Shown here: in pieces, positions 51,478 to 62,067 of the stretch | Position numbering within the stretch: position 1 is the stretch's first letter | Layout of the letters: every line of letters starts with the position of its first letter | DNA from: an uncultured Acidimicrobiales bacterium | Lineage (GTDB): Bacteria; Actinomycetota; Acidimicrobiia; Acidimicrobiales; VFJN01 | Reading direction: 5' to 3' | Assembly (NCBI GenBank): GCA_963842015.1 | Contig: CAWJFG010000019.1 | Span: 453,297 to 517,296, forward strand | Length of the DNA stretch: 64,000 bases | Notes under the pieces: generated by a model | What the model was told of the DNA's origin: nothing | The model's input: the letters and a program-made list of their open reading frames with translations, nothing else | Database searches by the model: none | Program-made: the position numbers and the translations under genes

Positions 51478-52474
51478 ATGACGCTATCCGTGACCGCTGC
51501 CCAGACCGAACAGGCACGCCGCCACAACTTCCCGGCGCGGGGCTCGCCCCGTTCGGCACTGCAGCGGATCGCAGCAGGCCGTCGGTGCGGCCCTGGCTGC
51601 TCATGATCTGCGCATTCTGTTCGTCGCACTGGCGGTCGTCTCGTTCCGGGCGCTGCCCTCGGACAGGGCCGTCCGACCTGGCCTCCGGCTGATCCTCGTG
51701 CTGGTCGCCACGCCGTCGACCCTCGTCCTCAACGCGGTGCAGTACCGCACGATGGCCGCTGCGCTCGACCACCGGATCGGGCTTCGCAGCGCGATGCGGG
51801 TCAGCATCGTCGCGACGCTGGTCAACTACCTGCCGATCCCCGCCCCGGCGGCATCGCGGTGCGCACCGCGGCGCTGGCCCGCGCGGCAGCAGCATCCGTT
51901 CGGCCATCTCGATCAACGCCATCACCGGCGTGCTGTGGGCCGGCGTCGCCGCGGTGGTAGCCGGGGTGGCCCTGCTCGTCGACCCCGACCTCGCCCGCGG
52001 GGGCATCACCGCCACGGCCGGCGCGGTCGTCGTCGCCGCGTCCGCGGTCATGGTGCGCCGCACCGGGCCCCACTGGCGACGCCTCTTCGGTGAGGGCTGG
52101 TCACCCAGATGGGACTGGTCGTCACCTCCGGCAGGCGAGGTGTGGATGGCGCTCGCGGCCATCAGTCAGCCCGCGTCGCTCGGGGCGTCGCTGGCGATCT
52201 CGGGCTCGACGGTGATCGCCGCCATGGTCGGCATCGCCCCCGCCGGCCTCGGGCTACGCGAGGCCATCGCCGGCGGCCTCGCCGCAGCGGTCGACGTGCC
52301 GGCCGCCGCGGCGGTCGCCGCCAGAGCGGTTGACCGGGTCGCGTCACAGGTCGGCCTGCCCCTGTGCGCACCGTTCACGGGCTGCGGTGGCGCGACCTCA
52401 CCGGCTCCTCGCCCGGGACCAGGCCGCGGAGAGCGTCGAGTCCGCCAGCGTGGTCGTCGACGTTCGCGAGATGA
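51478..52474 (+). pseudogene. UPF0104 flippase-like membrane protein, copy 2, several frame breaks
   Basis: The ATG at 51478 follows AGGAGG. Fragments read LVATPSTLVLNAVQYRTMAAALDHRIGLRSAMRVSIVATLVNYLPIP (ORF 51698) and VLWAGVAAVVAGVALLV...VIAAMVGIAPAGLGLREAIAGGLAAA (ORF 51930). The end is approximate. Confidence 0.5.
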
Positions 52475-52556
52475 CCTGAGGCCGACATCTCCAGCGGTGT
52501 TACCCTCGCTCGCCCGGCGGGCGCGCACCCGCGCAACCTCGGGAGGGGGGCGGCCC

Positions 52557-53276
52557 ATGGTCACCGAAGGTGGCTGGAAACCGAAACGAGCCTCGACGGC
52601 GAGTTCGCGGCGGGCCAAGGCGGCCAAGATCGCGCGATCGTTGAGCACCGGCGACCGCTCGCCGGGGCCGCCCTGCTCGAGATCGGCACCGGGGCCGGCA
52701 TCATCACGTCGTTGCTGGCCGAGCGCGTCGGCGCCACCGGGACCGTGGCGTCGGTCGACGTGGACGACCTCCGCACGGTGACCGACGGGTACGAGTTCCA
52801 GCTCGTCGAGGGCGTGCAGCTGCCGTTCGACGAGGACGCGTTCGACATCGTCGTCTCCAACCACACATCGAGCACGTGGGCGGGCCCGACCGGCGGAACG
52901 GGTGCACCTGGGCGAGATCGCCCGGGTGTGCGGCCCGAGGCGTCGCCTACCTGGCCTCGCCGAACCGCTGGGCGCTCGTCGAACCCCACTTCAAGGTGCC
53001 GATGCTCAGCTGGCTGCCCCGCGCGCACGCCCAAGGCGCTGCGGTTTACCCGTCGCGGCTAGGTCTACGACATCAGCCCTCGCACCCGGGCCGAGATGTT
53101 CGCGCTCATCGACGAGGCGGGGCTGCGGGCGACCGACGTGACGATCGACACGCTGCGGGTCGCGTCCGATCTCGAACCCGGCATCGTCGGGCGGGTCGCC
53201 GGCCGGGTGCCCGACGGTGTGCTCGGAGCGTTACGCGGCCGCGATCCCCACGATGGTCTTCCTCCTCGAGGGGTGA
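52557..53276 (+). pseudogene. class I SAM-dependent methyltransferase, about 3-4 frame breaks
   Basis: The ATG is at 52557. Fragments read LLEIGTGAGIITSLLAERVGATGTVASVDVDD...FDIVVSNH (ORF 52712 frame), YLASPNRWALVEPHFKVPMLSWLP (ORF 52876), and MFALIDEAGLRATDVT (ORF 53096). The inferred stop is at 53274-53276. It resembles the intact gene at 62068-62802. Confidence 0.55.
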
Positions 53277-53346
53277 CGCCCGGTCCGAGATGCCCGGCGG
53301 CACACAGGATCGAATACCTGTCCGCCACTCAAGTCTGGGAGGACGG

Positions 53347-53961
53347 ATGTTCACATCACGAACACTCACGGGCCGAGCCCGCTGGGGCCTCGCCACGCTC
53401 GCGGGTACCGCACTGGCGCTGGGTGCCGCCTGGCCGGCGGCCGCACGGCCCCTGCAGGAGGGTGGCGGCGAACCCTCGGGACCGACTGCCCAGGCATTCG
53501 GGGACCGCACCACGGTGCCGAGTGCCGACCGCGGCCGACACCGCCGAGGCCGGCGCCTCGGCGATGGCCGCGGCCGCCACCAACCTGACCTACACGACGG
53601 TCGAACCGTGCCACCGCGTTGCGACTACGCGTGGGGCCGAGGATCCGCTCGGGTTCGGCGGCGGGTATTCGCTCAGCCCGAGCCTTGCCTGCGGCCTGCC
53701 GACCGACGGCTCCGTTCGCGGCGATCATGGCCAACGTGATCTCGGTCAACGCGGTCGGCACGGGCTACGTCCGCTCGTCGGCCTACGACCCGACCATGAC
53801 GGCGCCGGGAGCGACCGTCCTGAACTTCAACAACAAGCTGGTGTCGTCGAACGCGGTGCCGCTCTCCACCTGTGTGGGGTGCCGCGTTCGAGATCGACGT
53901 CTGGGTCCCCTCGCCCGCCACGACCCACATCGTCGTCGACGTCGTCGGGTACTTCAGCTGA
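53347..53961 (+). pseudogene. secreted hypothetical protein (signal peptide, C-terminal ...VVDVVGYFS), about 3 frame breaks
   Basis: The ATG at 53347 follows GGGAGGA. The start reads MFTSRTLTGRARWGLATLAGTALALGAAWPAAA. Other fragments are NLTYTTVEPC...LACGLPTDGS (ORF 53096 frame) and AAIMANVISVNAVGTGYVRS...TVLNFNNKLVSSNAVPL (ORF 53619). The stop is at 53959-53961. Confidence 0.5.
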
Positions 53962-54028
53962 CTCCGCGCCGCCCGGGGGTCGCGTACGCGGCCCCCGGGC
54001 GGTCCGCGTGCGAGGCCCGCCCGACTGC

Positions 54029-54573
54029 TCAGGAGCGGCGGGCGATCGCCAGCGAGGTGAAGGGCAGCCGGCGGGGCCCCCGCGACCGCACGTCGACCGT
54101 GGCGAAGTCGCGGAGCATGTGACGCACGCCGTGGACGGTGAACCGCCAGTAGTCGTGCGGCTCGTCGTGGTACGGGAAGCACATCGGGGCCACGAATAAC
54201 GGCGCGGCCCCCGGGGCGGGAGCGCCCGGTGGATGCGCCGGGCCGCGGCCATGAAGTCGGGGACGTGCTCGAGCACGCTGACGCAGAGGATGACGTCCCA
54301 CTCCTCGTCGAACTCCATGGTCGTGACGTCCACCACCAGGTGCCCGTAGGCCGGGGTCGACGTCGGACTGGACGAACTCGTTGCTCGCGTCGAAGAGCCG
54401 CCGGAACGAGTAGGCGTCCTCTTCCATGTCCTGCCGCCCGCTGCCGATCTCGAGGATGCGGGCCGACCGCAGGTCGGCGGCCAGATCGGCGACCTGGCTC
54501 TCGACCCAGGTGCGACTGCCGAAGACGACACGTCCGGCGCAACGTCGACCGTCGCCCTCAGGTTCCCGAGCAT
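54029..54573 (-). pseudogene. class I SAM-dependent methyltransferase, about 3 frame breaks
   Basis: The ATG is at 54573 (MLGNLRATVDV). Fragments read ARILEIGSGRQDMEEDAYSFRRLF..FVQSDVDP (ORF 54029..54817), HLVVDVTTMEFDEEWDVILCVSVLEHVPDFMAAARRIHRAL (ORF 53827..54600), and FVAPMCFPYHDEPHDYWRFT. Confidence 0.55.
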
Positions 54574-54823
54574 TCCGACATGGTCGCACGCACGGGGCAC
54601 GGGGCCGGAACCAGCAGCACGACCGGAGGCGGACCGGGTCGTTTCCGCCCACAGGGGCGTGCCGTGAGCACGTGATCCGCGCCCGACGATCCTGAGCAGC
54701 TATCTTCCGCGGGTCACATCCACCACCCACGCGAGGTGCCCGGCGCGCCGATCCGGCCCCGTCGCCGACCAGCTGTGAGGCGGCGTCGGGCGACGCTGCG
54801 CACCCGCTCGTCAACAAAGGCCG

Positions 54824-56931
54824 ATGACCTCGACCTCAGCACCCTCCGTGAGCTCGAGCCCGTCCGTGGACACCGAGGCATCGGGAACCCCGGCCACCGG
54901 GACGCCCGACGAACGGCGCCCCGGAGGAGCCCCGCCTCGGGGCGGCTGGCTCACCGTGGCCGGCGTCGTCTTCGTCGGGCGCGGTCGCCACGTGGTCTCT
55001 CGCCCTCGCCCAGCTCGGCCGGCACGACGGCCTCGGCGTCGGGTGGGCCTCGGGATCGCGACCGTCTGCCGTCCTCGGCGTCTGTCCTGCTCGCCGTCGA
55101 CCGCCGGCCACACGTGCGGGTTCGACCGGGGCCAAGCTCGCCCTCCTGGTGGTGCGTGGTCGCGGCGGGGCGCGTTCTTCTTCCTGCCCGGGTTCCACTA
55201 CTCGTGGGAACGACAAGGATCCCGGCGTCTACGTGCTGCACGGCGTCGCCATCGCCCGCGACGGCGACGTGTACATCGACGACGACGTGCTCCAGCACGG
55301 CATCACCCCGACGATCGACCCCGCCGGGCGCTTCCCCGGCCTGTGGTACGACGGCGGGCCACCCCGGCGAGGTGACCGGGCAGTTCTACCACCAGTACTC
55401 GGCCCTGCTCGCGACCGCCCACGACCTCGGCGGGCGCGGGCCCTGTTCAACGTGAACCCCATGCTCGCGATCGGCGCGGTGTGCGTGCGTCGTCCTGGCC
55501 GCCCGCCGGGCGGCGGGCACGCTCGTCGCCACGCTCGCCGGGGCGCTGCATGGTCACGTCGATGATGCAGGTGTGGCAGGCGAAGTACCCCTCGAGCGAG
55601 GTTCCCGCCCAGTTCTTCCTGGCGGGCACGGTGCTCGCCGGGGTCCTCGCCGTGCAACGACGGTGGACCGGGGGGGCTCTGGCCGGCGGGCCTGCTCATC
55701 GGCGTCGGGTTCCTGGCCCGGCCCGACGGGTTCCTGTACACGTGTGCATCGGCGCAGGGGTCGTCGGCCTCGCGATCGCCGCCGACCACGCCGACCGCCA
55801 CGTGGTAGCGTTCCTCGTCGGGCTGGCCCTCACGCTCCCCTACGCGTTGTGGAACACGGCCGAGGCGCGCCCCGACTACTCCGCGTCAACCGACGTCCCG
55901 GCGACCCGGGTCATTCGTCGGCGTGGTCGCGCTGGGCCCTCCTCGGCGGGCTGGTGGCGCGGACCGTCCTCCCGGGCCACGCGGAAGCGGGTGGCCGGAC
56001 TCGACGGTGGGTCGACCCGTCCGCGCTCGTCGCGCGATGGAGCCGGCCGGTCGGCATCATCGCCGCGGGTCGGGTGGGGCGTTTGGCGCTGGTGCTGCTC
56101 TACTTCAGCCCCGACATCTGGGGCGAGCAGACCCACGTCTACATCACTCACGGGCGAGGTCCAACGGTCGTACAACGGGCCGAGCGGGCGCTGGCTGCAG
56201 CTGGTCGTGACCACAGCGCGGCCTCGTGATCATGATCGATCGGGTTCGGCGTCGTCATGATCCGCCGCTGGCGGGCCAGCCTGCTGCTCTCTGGTCGTGC
56301 CCGGGTGCCCTGCTGCTCCCGCTGTACCTCTACAACGCCCGTGTGTCGATGCGCCTCATGTGGTGGGTCCGGCGGTTCATCCCGGCCGTGGAGCCCGTGA
56401 TGATGGTTCTGATCGCCATCGCCCTGGCCTGGGCGCTGACCCGTCGGTCGAAGGTCGTCAAGGTCGTCGGCGCGGTCGCCGCGCTGTCGCTCGTCGTCGA
56501 GTACGCCCAGGATGTCGTTGCCGCTCCGCGACCACGACGAGATGGGTGGCTCGTGGGACATCTCGGCGGGCATCGCCGGGGCGTCCGGCGACGAGCAGGG
56601 TGTCTTCCTGTTCCCCGGGCGGCAGGAACATCTACTCGGCCAACCGCAACGCACCCGGCGCCGTGTGGTTCCTGTTCGACCAGGTCGCCGGCGCGCCTCC
56701 CCGCCGACTACGACATCGCCACGTTCGACGAGTACGCCGACGCGTTCCCCGACCAGCCGGTGTTCCTCGTCACCGACGAGGCCGAGCCCCGAGCCAGCTG
56801 CCCGCCGACCGCTTCGAGCACCGCGCACGGTCGAGGGCGACGTGACGATCTGGGAGGAGCGGCTCGACACGCGGCCGTCCGAGGAGATCGTCGACTCGCA
56901 GGAGGTCACGGTGTGGGGGCTGGTGCGCTGA
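54824..56931 (+). pseudogene. large polytopic membrane protein, GT-C-like (paralog 2), many frame breaks
   Basis: The ATG is at 54824. Fragments read [98 protein letters not shown], and LLPLYLYNARVSMRLMWWVRRFIPAVEP. It ends ...VTVWGLVR at 56931. Confidence 0.5.
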
Positions 56932-58012
56932 TGGCGCGCATCACGTTCATCGGCCCCGTGCCGCCGATCCGCAGCGGGATCGCGCAACACGGCGGGCACC
57001 TCACCGAGACCCTGGCACCGACCACGACGTGACCGTCCTGTCCTGGCAGCACCAGTACCCGCGGCTGCTGTTCCGGCGCAGCCAGGTCGACCCGACCGTC
57101 GAGCGGCACCCGAACGCCCGGTTCACGCTGCGCTGGTGGGACCCCGTGTCGTGGTGGCGAGCCGGCCGCACGGGGCAGGAGAGCGACCTCGTCGTGCTCG
57201 TGTGGACGACGCCCTTCCACACGCTGACCTACCTCGTCGTGCTGGCCCTCACACGCCGGACCCGCCGGGTCGCGATCGTGCGCAACGCGCTCCCCCACGA
57301 GCCGCTGCCGTTCCAGCGGACGTTGACCCGTGTCGTCCTCGGGCAGTGCGACGGCCTGATCGCCCACGCCACCACCGTCGCCGACGAGCTCGACGAGCTC
57401 CTCGGAGGCAAGGTCGACACGGTCACGGTCGCCCACCCGTCGAACATCGGCGTCGAGCGCAAGCCGCTTCCCCCGCTCGACGACGGCCTGCGGCTGCTGT
57501 TCCTCGGGTTCATCCGGCCGTACAAGGGCCTCGACGTGGCCCTTGACGCCCTGGCCGAGCTCGGCCAGCGTGGCGTCCGCCCGAAGCTCACGGTGGTCGG
57601 CGAGCCGTGGGACCCCGCCGAGCCCTGGGCCGAGCGCGTGGCCGAGCGGGGGCTGTCGGAACAGGTCGACCTCCGCCTCGGGTACGCGTCCGACGACGAG
57701 GTCGAGCGCCTGCTCGCCACGCCACGCGGTGCTGCTCCCCTACCGCAGCACACCCAGTCGGGCATCGTGCCGATCGCGCTGGCCGCGGGCCGGCCGGTCG
57801 TGGCAACCGCCGTCGGCGGCATCGCTGAGGTGGTCGAGGACGGCGTCAACGGCACTCTGGCCACGCCGGGCGACGCCGACTCGCTGGCCGACGCCATCGA
57901 ACGGTGCGCGGCGCAGCTCACCGACCTCGCGGCCGCGGCCACGACCGTGGCCGAGTCCTGGGACGACGTGGCCGCCACGGTCGTCAAGGCCGCGCGGATC
58001 GACCCGAGCTGA
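56931..58012 (+). pseudogene. glycosyltransferase family 4, with one frame break near 57025 and a compensated indel pair near 57722/57750
   Basis: MARITFIGPVPPIRSGIAQHGGHL lies in the frame of ORF 56226. The rest is in ORF 57029..58012 (LLFLGFIRPYKGLDV..., SGIVPIALAAGRPVVATAVGGIAEVVEDGVNG). The motif THAVLLPYRS is readable only in the frame of ORF 57543. Confidence 0.65.
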
Positions 58013-58902
58013 GCGGGGCGGCTCGCCGCCGGCGCCCACGAGCTGGTCGGCGAGGCGAGGCGCCACGGCGAACATGTCGGTGCCCTCGTCGGGTGCCGAG
58101 CGGTGCAGCCGCCCCTGCTCGTCGGGCCGCGCCAGCACGTAGTCGGCAGCCTGAGCGCGGCCGCCACGTCGCCACGCTCCCTCCGGTAGCGCTCGCGCGC
58201 CATGCGGTTCCACTCGAGCTGCAGGACGCCGATCCGCTGAGCGGCGAGCGCCTGCGACGCGCCGAGGACGACGTCGAGCTCGAACCCCTCGACGTCGATC
58301 TTGACGCCCGCGGCGGTGCGCTCGCCGAGGAGGTCGTCGAGGGTCGTCACGTCGACCTCGGTGACGCCCGACGACGCCGGCTGCTCGGCGTCGGCCACGA
58401 GGTAGTTCATCGACCCGAGCTCGGACGTGAGCACGCTCTTGCCCGGTTCCCGGCCGATCGCGCACGTCACGATCTCGGTCGTGACGCCGTTGAGACCGAG
58501 GTTGGTCTCGAGAAGACGGCGGGCGTCGGCCGCAGGCTCCACCGAGATCACGTCGCATCCGTGCGAGGCGATCAGCAGGCTGTAGATCCCGATGTTCGCT
58601 CCCACGTCGACGAAGAGGTCGCCGGGCCGGAGCGTCTCGAGCCAGAACGACATCTCGCGGTAGTCGGGCAGTCGGGCGTAGACGGCGTGCTGGGACCCGA
58701 GGCCCCTCCGCACGAGGATCTGGCCCCCGGCGTACGTCGTGGTCCAGTAGCCGCCGGTCAGCCGGGTCCAGGCGGGGAACATGACCGCCTCGGCCGTCCG
58801 GCGGAGGCGCTCACCCTTGTTTCCGGGGTTCGCGAAGATCTGCCGGAGCGCGTATTCGATCTGCCGGGGCAGCGACTGCGTCTCCGGCTTGGCTGTCGTC
58901 AC
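57984..58902 (-). pseudogene. FkbM family methyltransferase, 1-2 frame breaks near the 3' end
   Basis: The GTG at 58902 follows GAGGTGG. It lies in ORF 57229..59253(-): DLFVDVGANIGIYSLLIASHGCDVISVEPAADA...KIDVEGFELDVVLGASQAL...LQLEWN. The tail AADYVLARPDEQGRLH is in the frame of ORF 57740..58558. The true stop is unresolved. Confidence 0.6.
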
Positions 58903-59083
58903 GGACTTCCACCTCTGTCGGACATCCCGCCGATCGTGGCACGACCGCGCACCCGGGGGAAACCATCGGTCTGACCGGCGCACCGCGACGGCTTCCGCGC
59001 ACGGTCCCGGCTGCTCGTAGGCTCGCCCGGTGATCGCGCACCACGCCTGCCCCGCGCCCTGACGGTAGCGGCACCCCGACCCG

Positions 59084-60081
59084 GTGAGACTCGCAGACCA
59101 CCGGCGCACCATCCGCCTCGTCATCTTCGTCCTCGGGATCGTCGGCGTGGCGATCGCGTTCCGACGGGCGCTCGACGACTCACGTGGGCAGGTCCTGCCC
59201 GATCTGCCGGCGATGGCCATCGCGGGGTTGCTCACGATCTCGGGCATCGTCATGGCCGCACGCGCCTGGACCGGGCTGTTCCCGCCCGGGCACGACCGGC
59301 GGGCGCTGGCCGGGTCGCTCTACGCGTCGCAGCTCACCAAGTACCTGCCCGCCGGAGGCGTCGTGCAGGCCGCCGGGCAGGTCGGCGTGAGCGTCACCGC
59401 CGGCGCCGCGTCCGGCGCGGCCGCCGTCGCCGCGGCCGTGTGGGCCTTCACCTCGGTGGTGGGCGGCTGCGTCCTCTCGGCGGGCCTGGTGTTCGCCACG
59501 TCCCTCCCGACCTGGGCGCGGGCGCTCTCGCTGCTCGGGCTGCTGGCGCCCGTGCTCCTCCACCGGCGGGTGTTGACGCGGCGATGCACCTCGCCCACCG
59601 CGTGGTCCGGCGGGTGCCCGACCCCGACAACCTCCCGACGCAGCGACGGGTGCTGGTCACGCTCGGGTGGTCGCTCGGCAACGCCGTCGCGGGCTCGGTC
59701 GCGTACGCCGTCCTCCTGTACGCCCTCGACGACGACATCAGCTTCACGACCACCGTGTGCGCCTTTGCCCTGAGCTGGGTCGTCGGCTTCCTGGTCTTCC
59801 CGCTCCCGAGCGGCATCGGTGTCCGCGAGGCCGTGCTGGTGGCGATCGTCCCGAACGCCGGGCCGGCCGCCCTCCTCGGGGCGTCGCTCGCCCAGAGGCT
59901 CCTCGTGCTGGCCTCCGAGGTGACCCTCACGGTCACCAACCAGGTCGTCGCCAGGCGTCGCCGGCGCGCGGCGGGCCTCACCGCGGCACCGGCACCCGAC
60001 GAGGGGACCGGTGATTCCGACGGCGACGAGCGCGACGCGGGGGCCGACGGCCTGAGCGCGCACCCGGCCGACGCCGGCTGA
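59084..60081 (+). pseudogene. UPF0104 flippase-like membrane protein, copy 3, one frame break near 59575
   Basis: ORF 59084..59773 covers the N-terminus (IRLVIFVLGIVGVAIAF...SLYASQLTKYLPAGGVVQAAGQ). ORF 59440..60081 covers the C-terminus (GFLVFPLPSGIGVREAVLVAIV). Confidence 0.6.
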
Positions 60082-60230
60082 GGCCGGCCCGGACGACGTC
60101 CCGACGACGGCGACCCACGGCGGACGGGTCGCGTGCCCGATCCGTCCCCGACGGTGAGGAGCGGCTCCTACACTCTGGCGATGCGCGACCTGCCCGCGAC
60201 CGACGCGGCCCCGCCCGCGCCAGCCGGTCC

Positions 60231-61215
60231 ATGAGCGTCGAGGTCGCCGTCCCGCTGTCCTCCATCGGCCCGCGGCGCGCCGCCGACCTGCTGTGCACCG
60301 GGCTCGTGGCCGACGGCGTCGACGCGGTGCTGGTCGAGCGCCCTGCGGGACCACGAGCGAACGTCCACCTGTCGAACTCGAGCCGCGGGTTGCTCGTCCC
60401 GCTCGCCCGCCGGCGTGGGTGCCTCGTGACCCTGCACGACGTCGTTCCGCACGACCGCCGGGTGCGCCCGTTCCTCCAACCGGTGATGCGCCGGGTCCTC
60501 GACCGCCACCGGGTGGTGGTCCACAGCCGGCACGCGGCCGACCTGCTGCGCGCGGAGGGCTACGACCGCCCTGTCGGCGTCGTCCCCCTCGCCCTCCCGG
60601 TCGTGGCGCCGTCGCCCCAGGCCCGGGGCGCCGCGCACGACGAGCTCCGCGCGGGCGCCGCCGGTCCCCTGTTGGTGCTGGCAGGGGTGCTCAAGGCCGC
60701 GAAGGGCGTGGCCGAGGTCGTCGCCGCCGCGCGACGTCCCCGACGCCCGTCTCCTGCTGGTCGGGCGAATCGCCGACTCGTCCACCGCCGAGGCGCTCGC
60801 GGCCCGACCCGCCAACGTGACGGTGATCGAGCGGGCCGACGACGCCGAGTTCAGCCGCATCCTGGCCGCCGCCGACGCCGTGCTCCTGCCGCGGTCCGAC
60901 TCGGTCGGAGAGACCAGCGGGCCCCTCGTGATGGCGCACGCTCTGGGCACGCCGGTCGCCATGCTCGACACGGGCTCGGCTCCCGAGTACGCCGGGCCCG
61001 ACGACCTGGTCGCCCCCTCGTCGACCACCGTGGCTGCGCTCGTGGCCGAGGCGGCGGGCCGTGCGTGGCCGCGGGGCGTCGCCGCACCCGACGAGGCCGT
61101 CGCCCGCGTCGTCCGTGCCTACCGCCGCGAGCTCGCCGCCCTCGGCTGGGTCGACGACGGCACCACCTCCCCCTCCCGTGATCGATCGATCGACGAGACC
61201 CGACGCCGACGGTGA
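60231..61215 (+). pseudogene. GT1/GT4-like glycosyltransferase, one frame break near 60725
   Basis: ORF 60231..61181 is followed up to ...VLKAAKGVAEVVAAA. The protein then continues in the frame of ORF 60817..61215 (RDVPDARLLLVGRIADSS...LLPRSDSVGETSGPLVMAHALGTPVAMLDTG). Confidence 0.55.
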
Positions 61216-62015
61216 CCGCGCTCCCCGACCAGACCTCCGGGTCCCTGCCGTTGCGCCTCAAGCGCGCCACGTTCGACGTCCTCCCCCGCCGCACCCGGCT
61301 CCCGGTGCGCGTGCTGTGGTTGCGGGCCGGCGGGCATCTCGAGCCCGAGATCCACGACATGGCCCGCCTCGTGCCGCCCGGCGGCACCGCGGTCGACATC
61401 GGCGCCAACCACGGGATCTACAGCTACTTCATGGTGCGCCAGTTCGACACCGTGGTCGCCTTCGAGCCCCAGCCGGCGTGCGTCGAGACGCTCACCAGCT
61501 GGGCGGGGTCGCGGGTCGACGTCCGATCGGTGGCTTTGTCCGACCGGGCGGGCGAGAGCACGCTGTCGGTCCCCGTGCTCCACGGTGTCGCGATGACCGG
61601 GTACGCCCGGCTCGCACCGGGTCGGGCCGCCGACGACTGCGACGTCCTGCAGGTGCCGATCGAGCGGCTCGACGACCAGGGGCTCACCGACGTGCGCCTC
61701 ATGAAGGTCGACGTCGAGGGCCACGAGCTCGAGGTCCTGCAGGGCGGCGAGCAGCTCCTGCGCCGCGACGTCCCCGTGCTGCTGGTCGAGATCGAGCAGC
61801 GCCACCTCGGCGAGGGGCGCACGGTCGGCGACGTGATCGCCTGGCTGCGCGGCCTTGGCTACGGTGCCTCCTTCCGCCTCGGTGACTCGGGGTGGACCGA
61901 CGGCGCCGCGTTCGATCCTGTCGGGCACCAGCAGCTCGAGGCGATCGGCACCCGCGACTACGTCAGCATGTTCCTGTTCACGCCCGAAGGGCGTTCCCCG
62001 TCTCCGGCCCCGTGA
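61212..62015 (+). CDS. FkbM family methyltransferase (intact)
   Basis: ORF 61212..62015(+). The GTG overlaps the upstream stop (GTGA). Supporting sequence: AVDIGANHGIYSYFM, VVAFEPQP, MKVDVEGHELEVLQGGEQLL. Confidence 0.8.
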   Translation: MTALPDQTSGSLPLRLKRATFDVLPRRTRLPVRVLWLRAGGHLEPEIHDMARLVPPGGTAVDIGANHGIYSYFMVRQFDTVVAFEPQPACVETLTSWAGSRVDVRSVALSDRAGESTLSVPVLHGVAMTGYARLAPGRAADDCDVLQVPIERLDDQGLTDVRLMKVDVEGHELEVLQGGEQLLRRDVPVLLVEIEQRHLGEGRTVGDVIAWLRGLGYGASFRLGDSGWTDGAAFDPVGHQQLEAIGTRDYVSMFLFTPEGRSPSPAP

Positions 62016-62067
62016 CCCGGGGCGCCGGCCCTGCCCGCCGAGAGACGGTCCAAGAGGAGATCGACCC

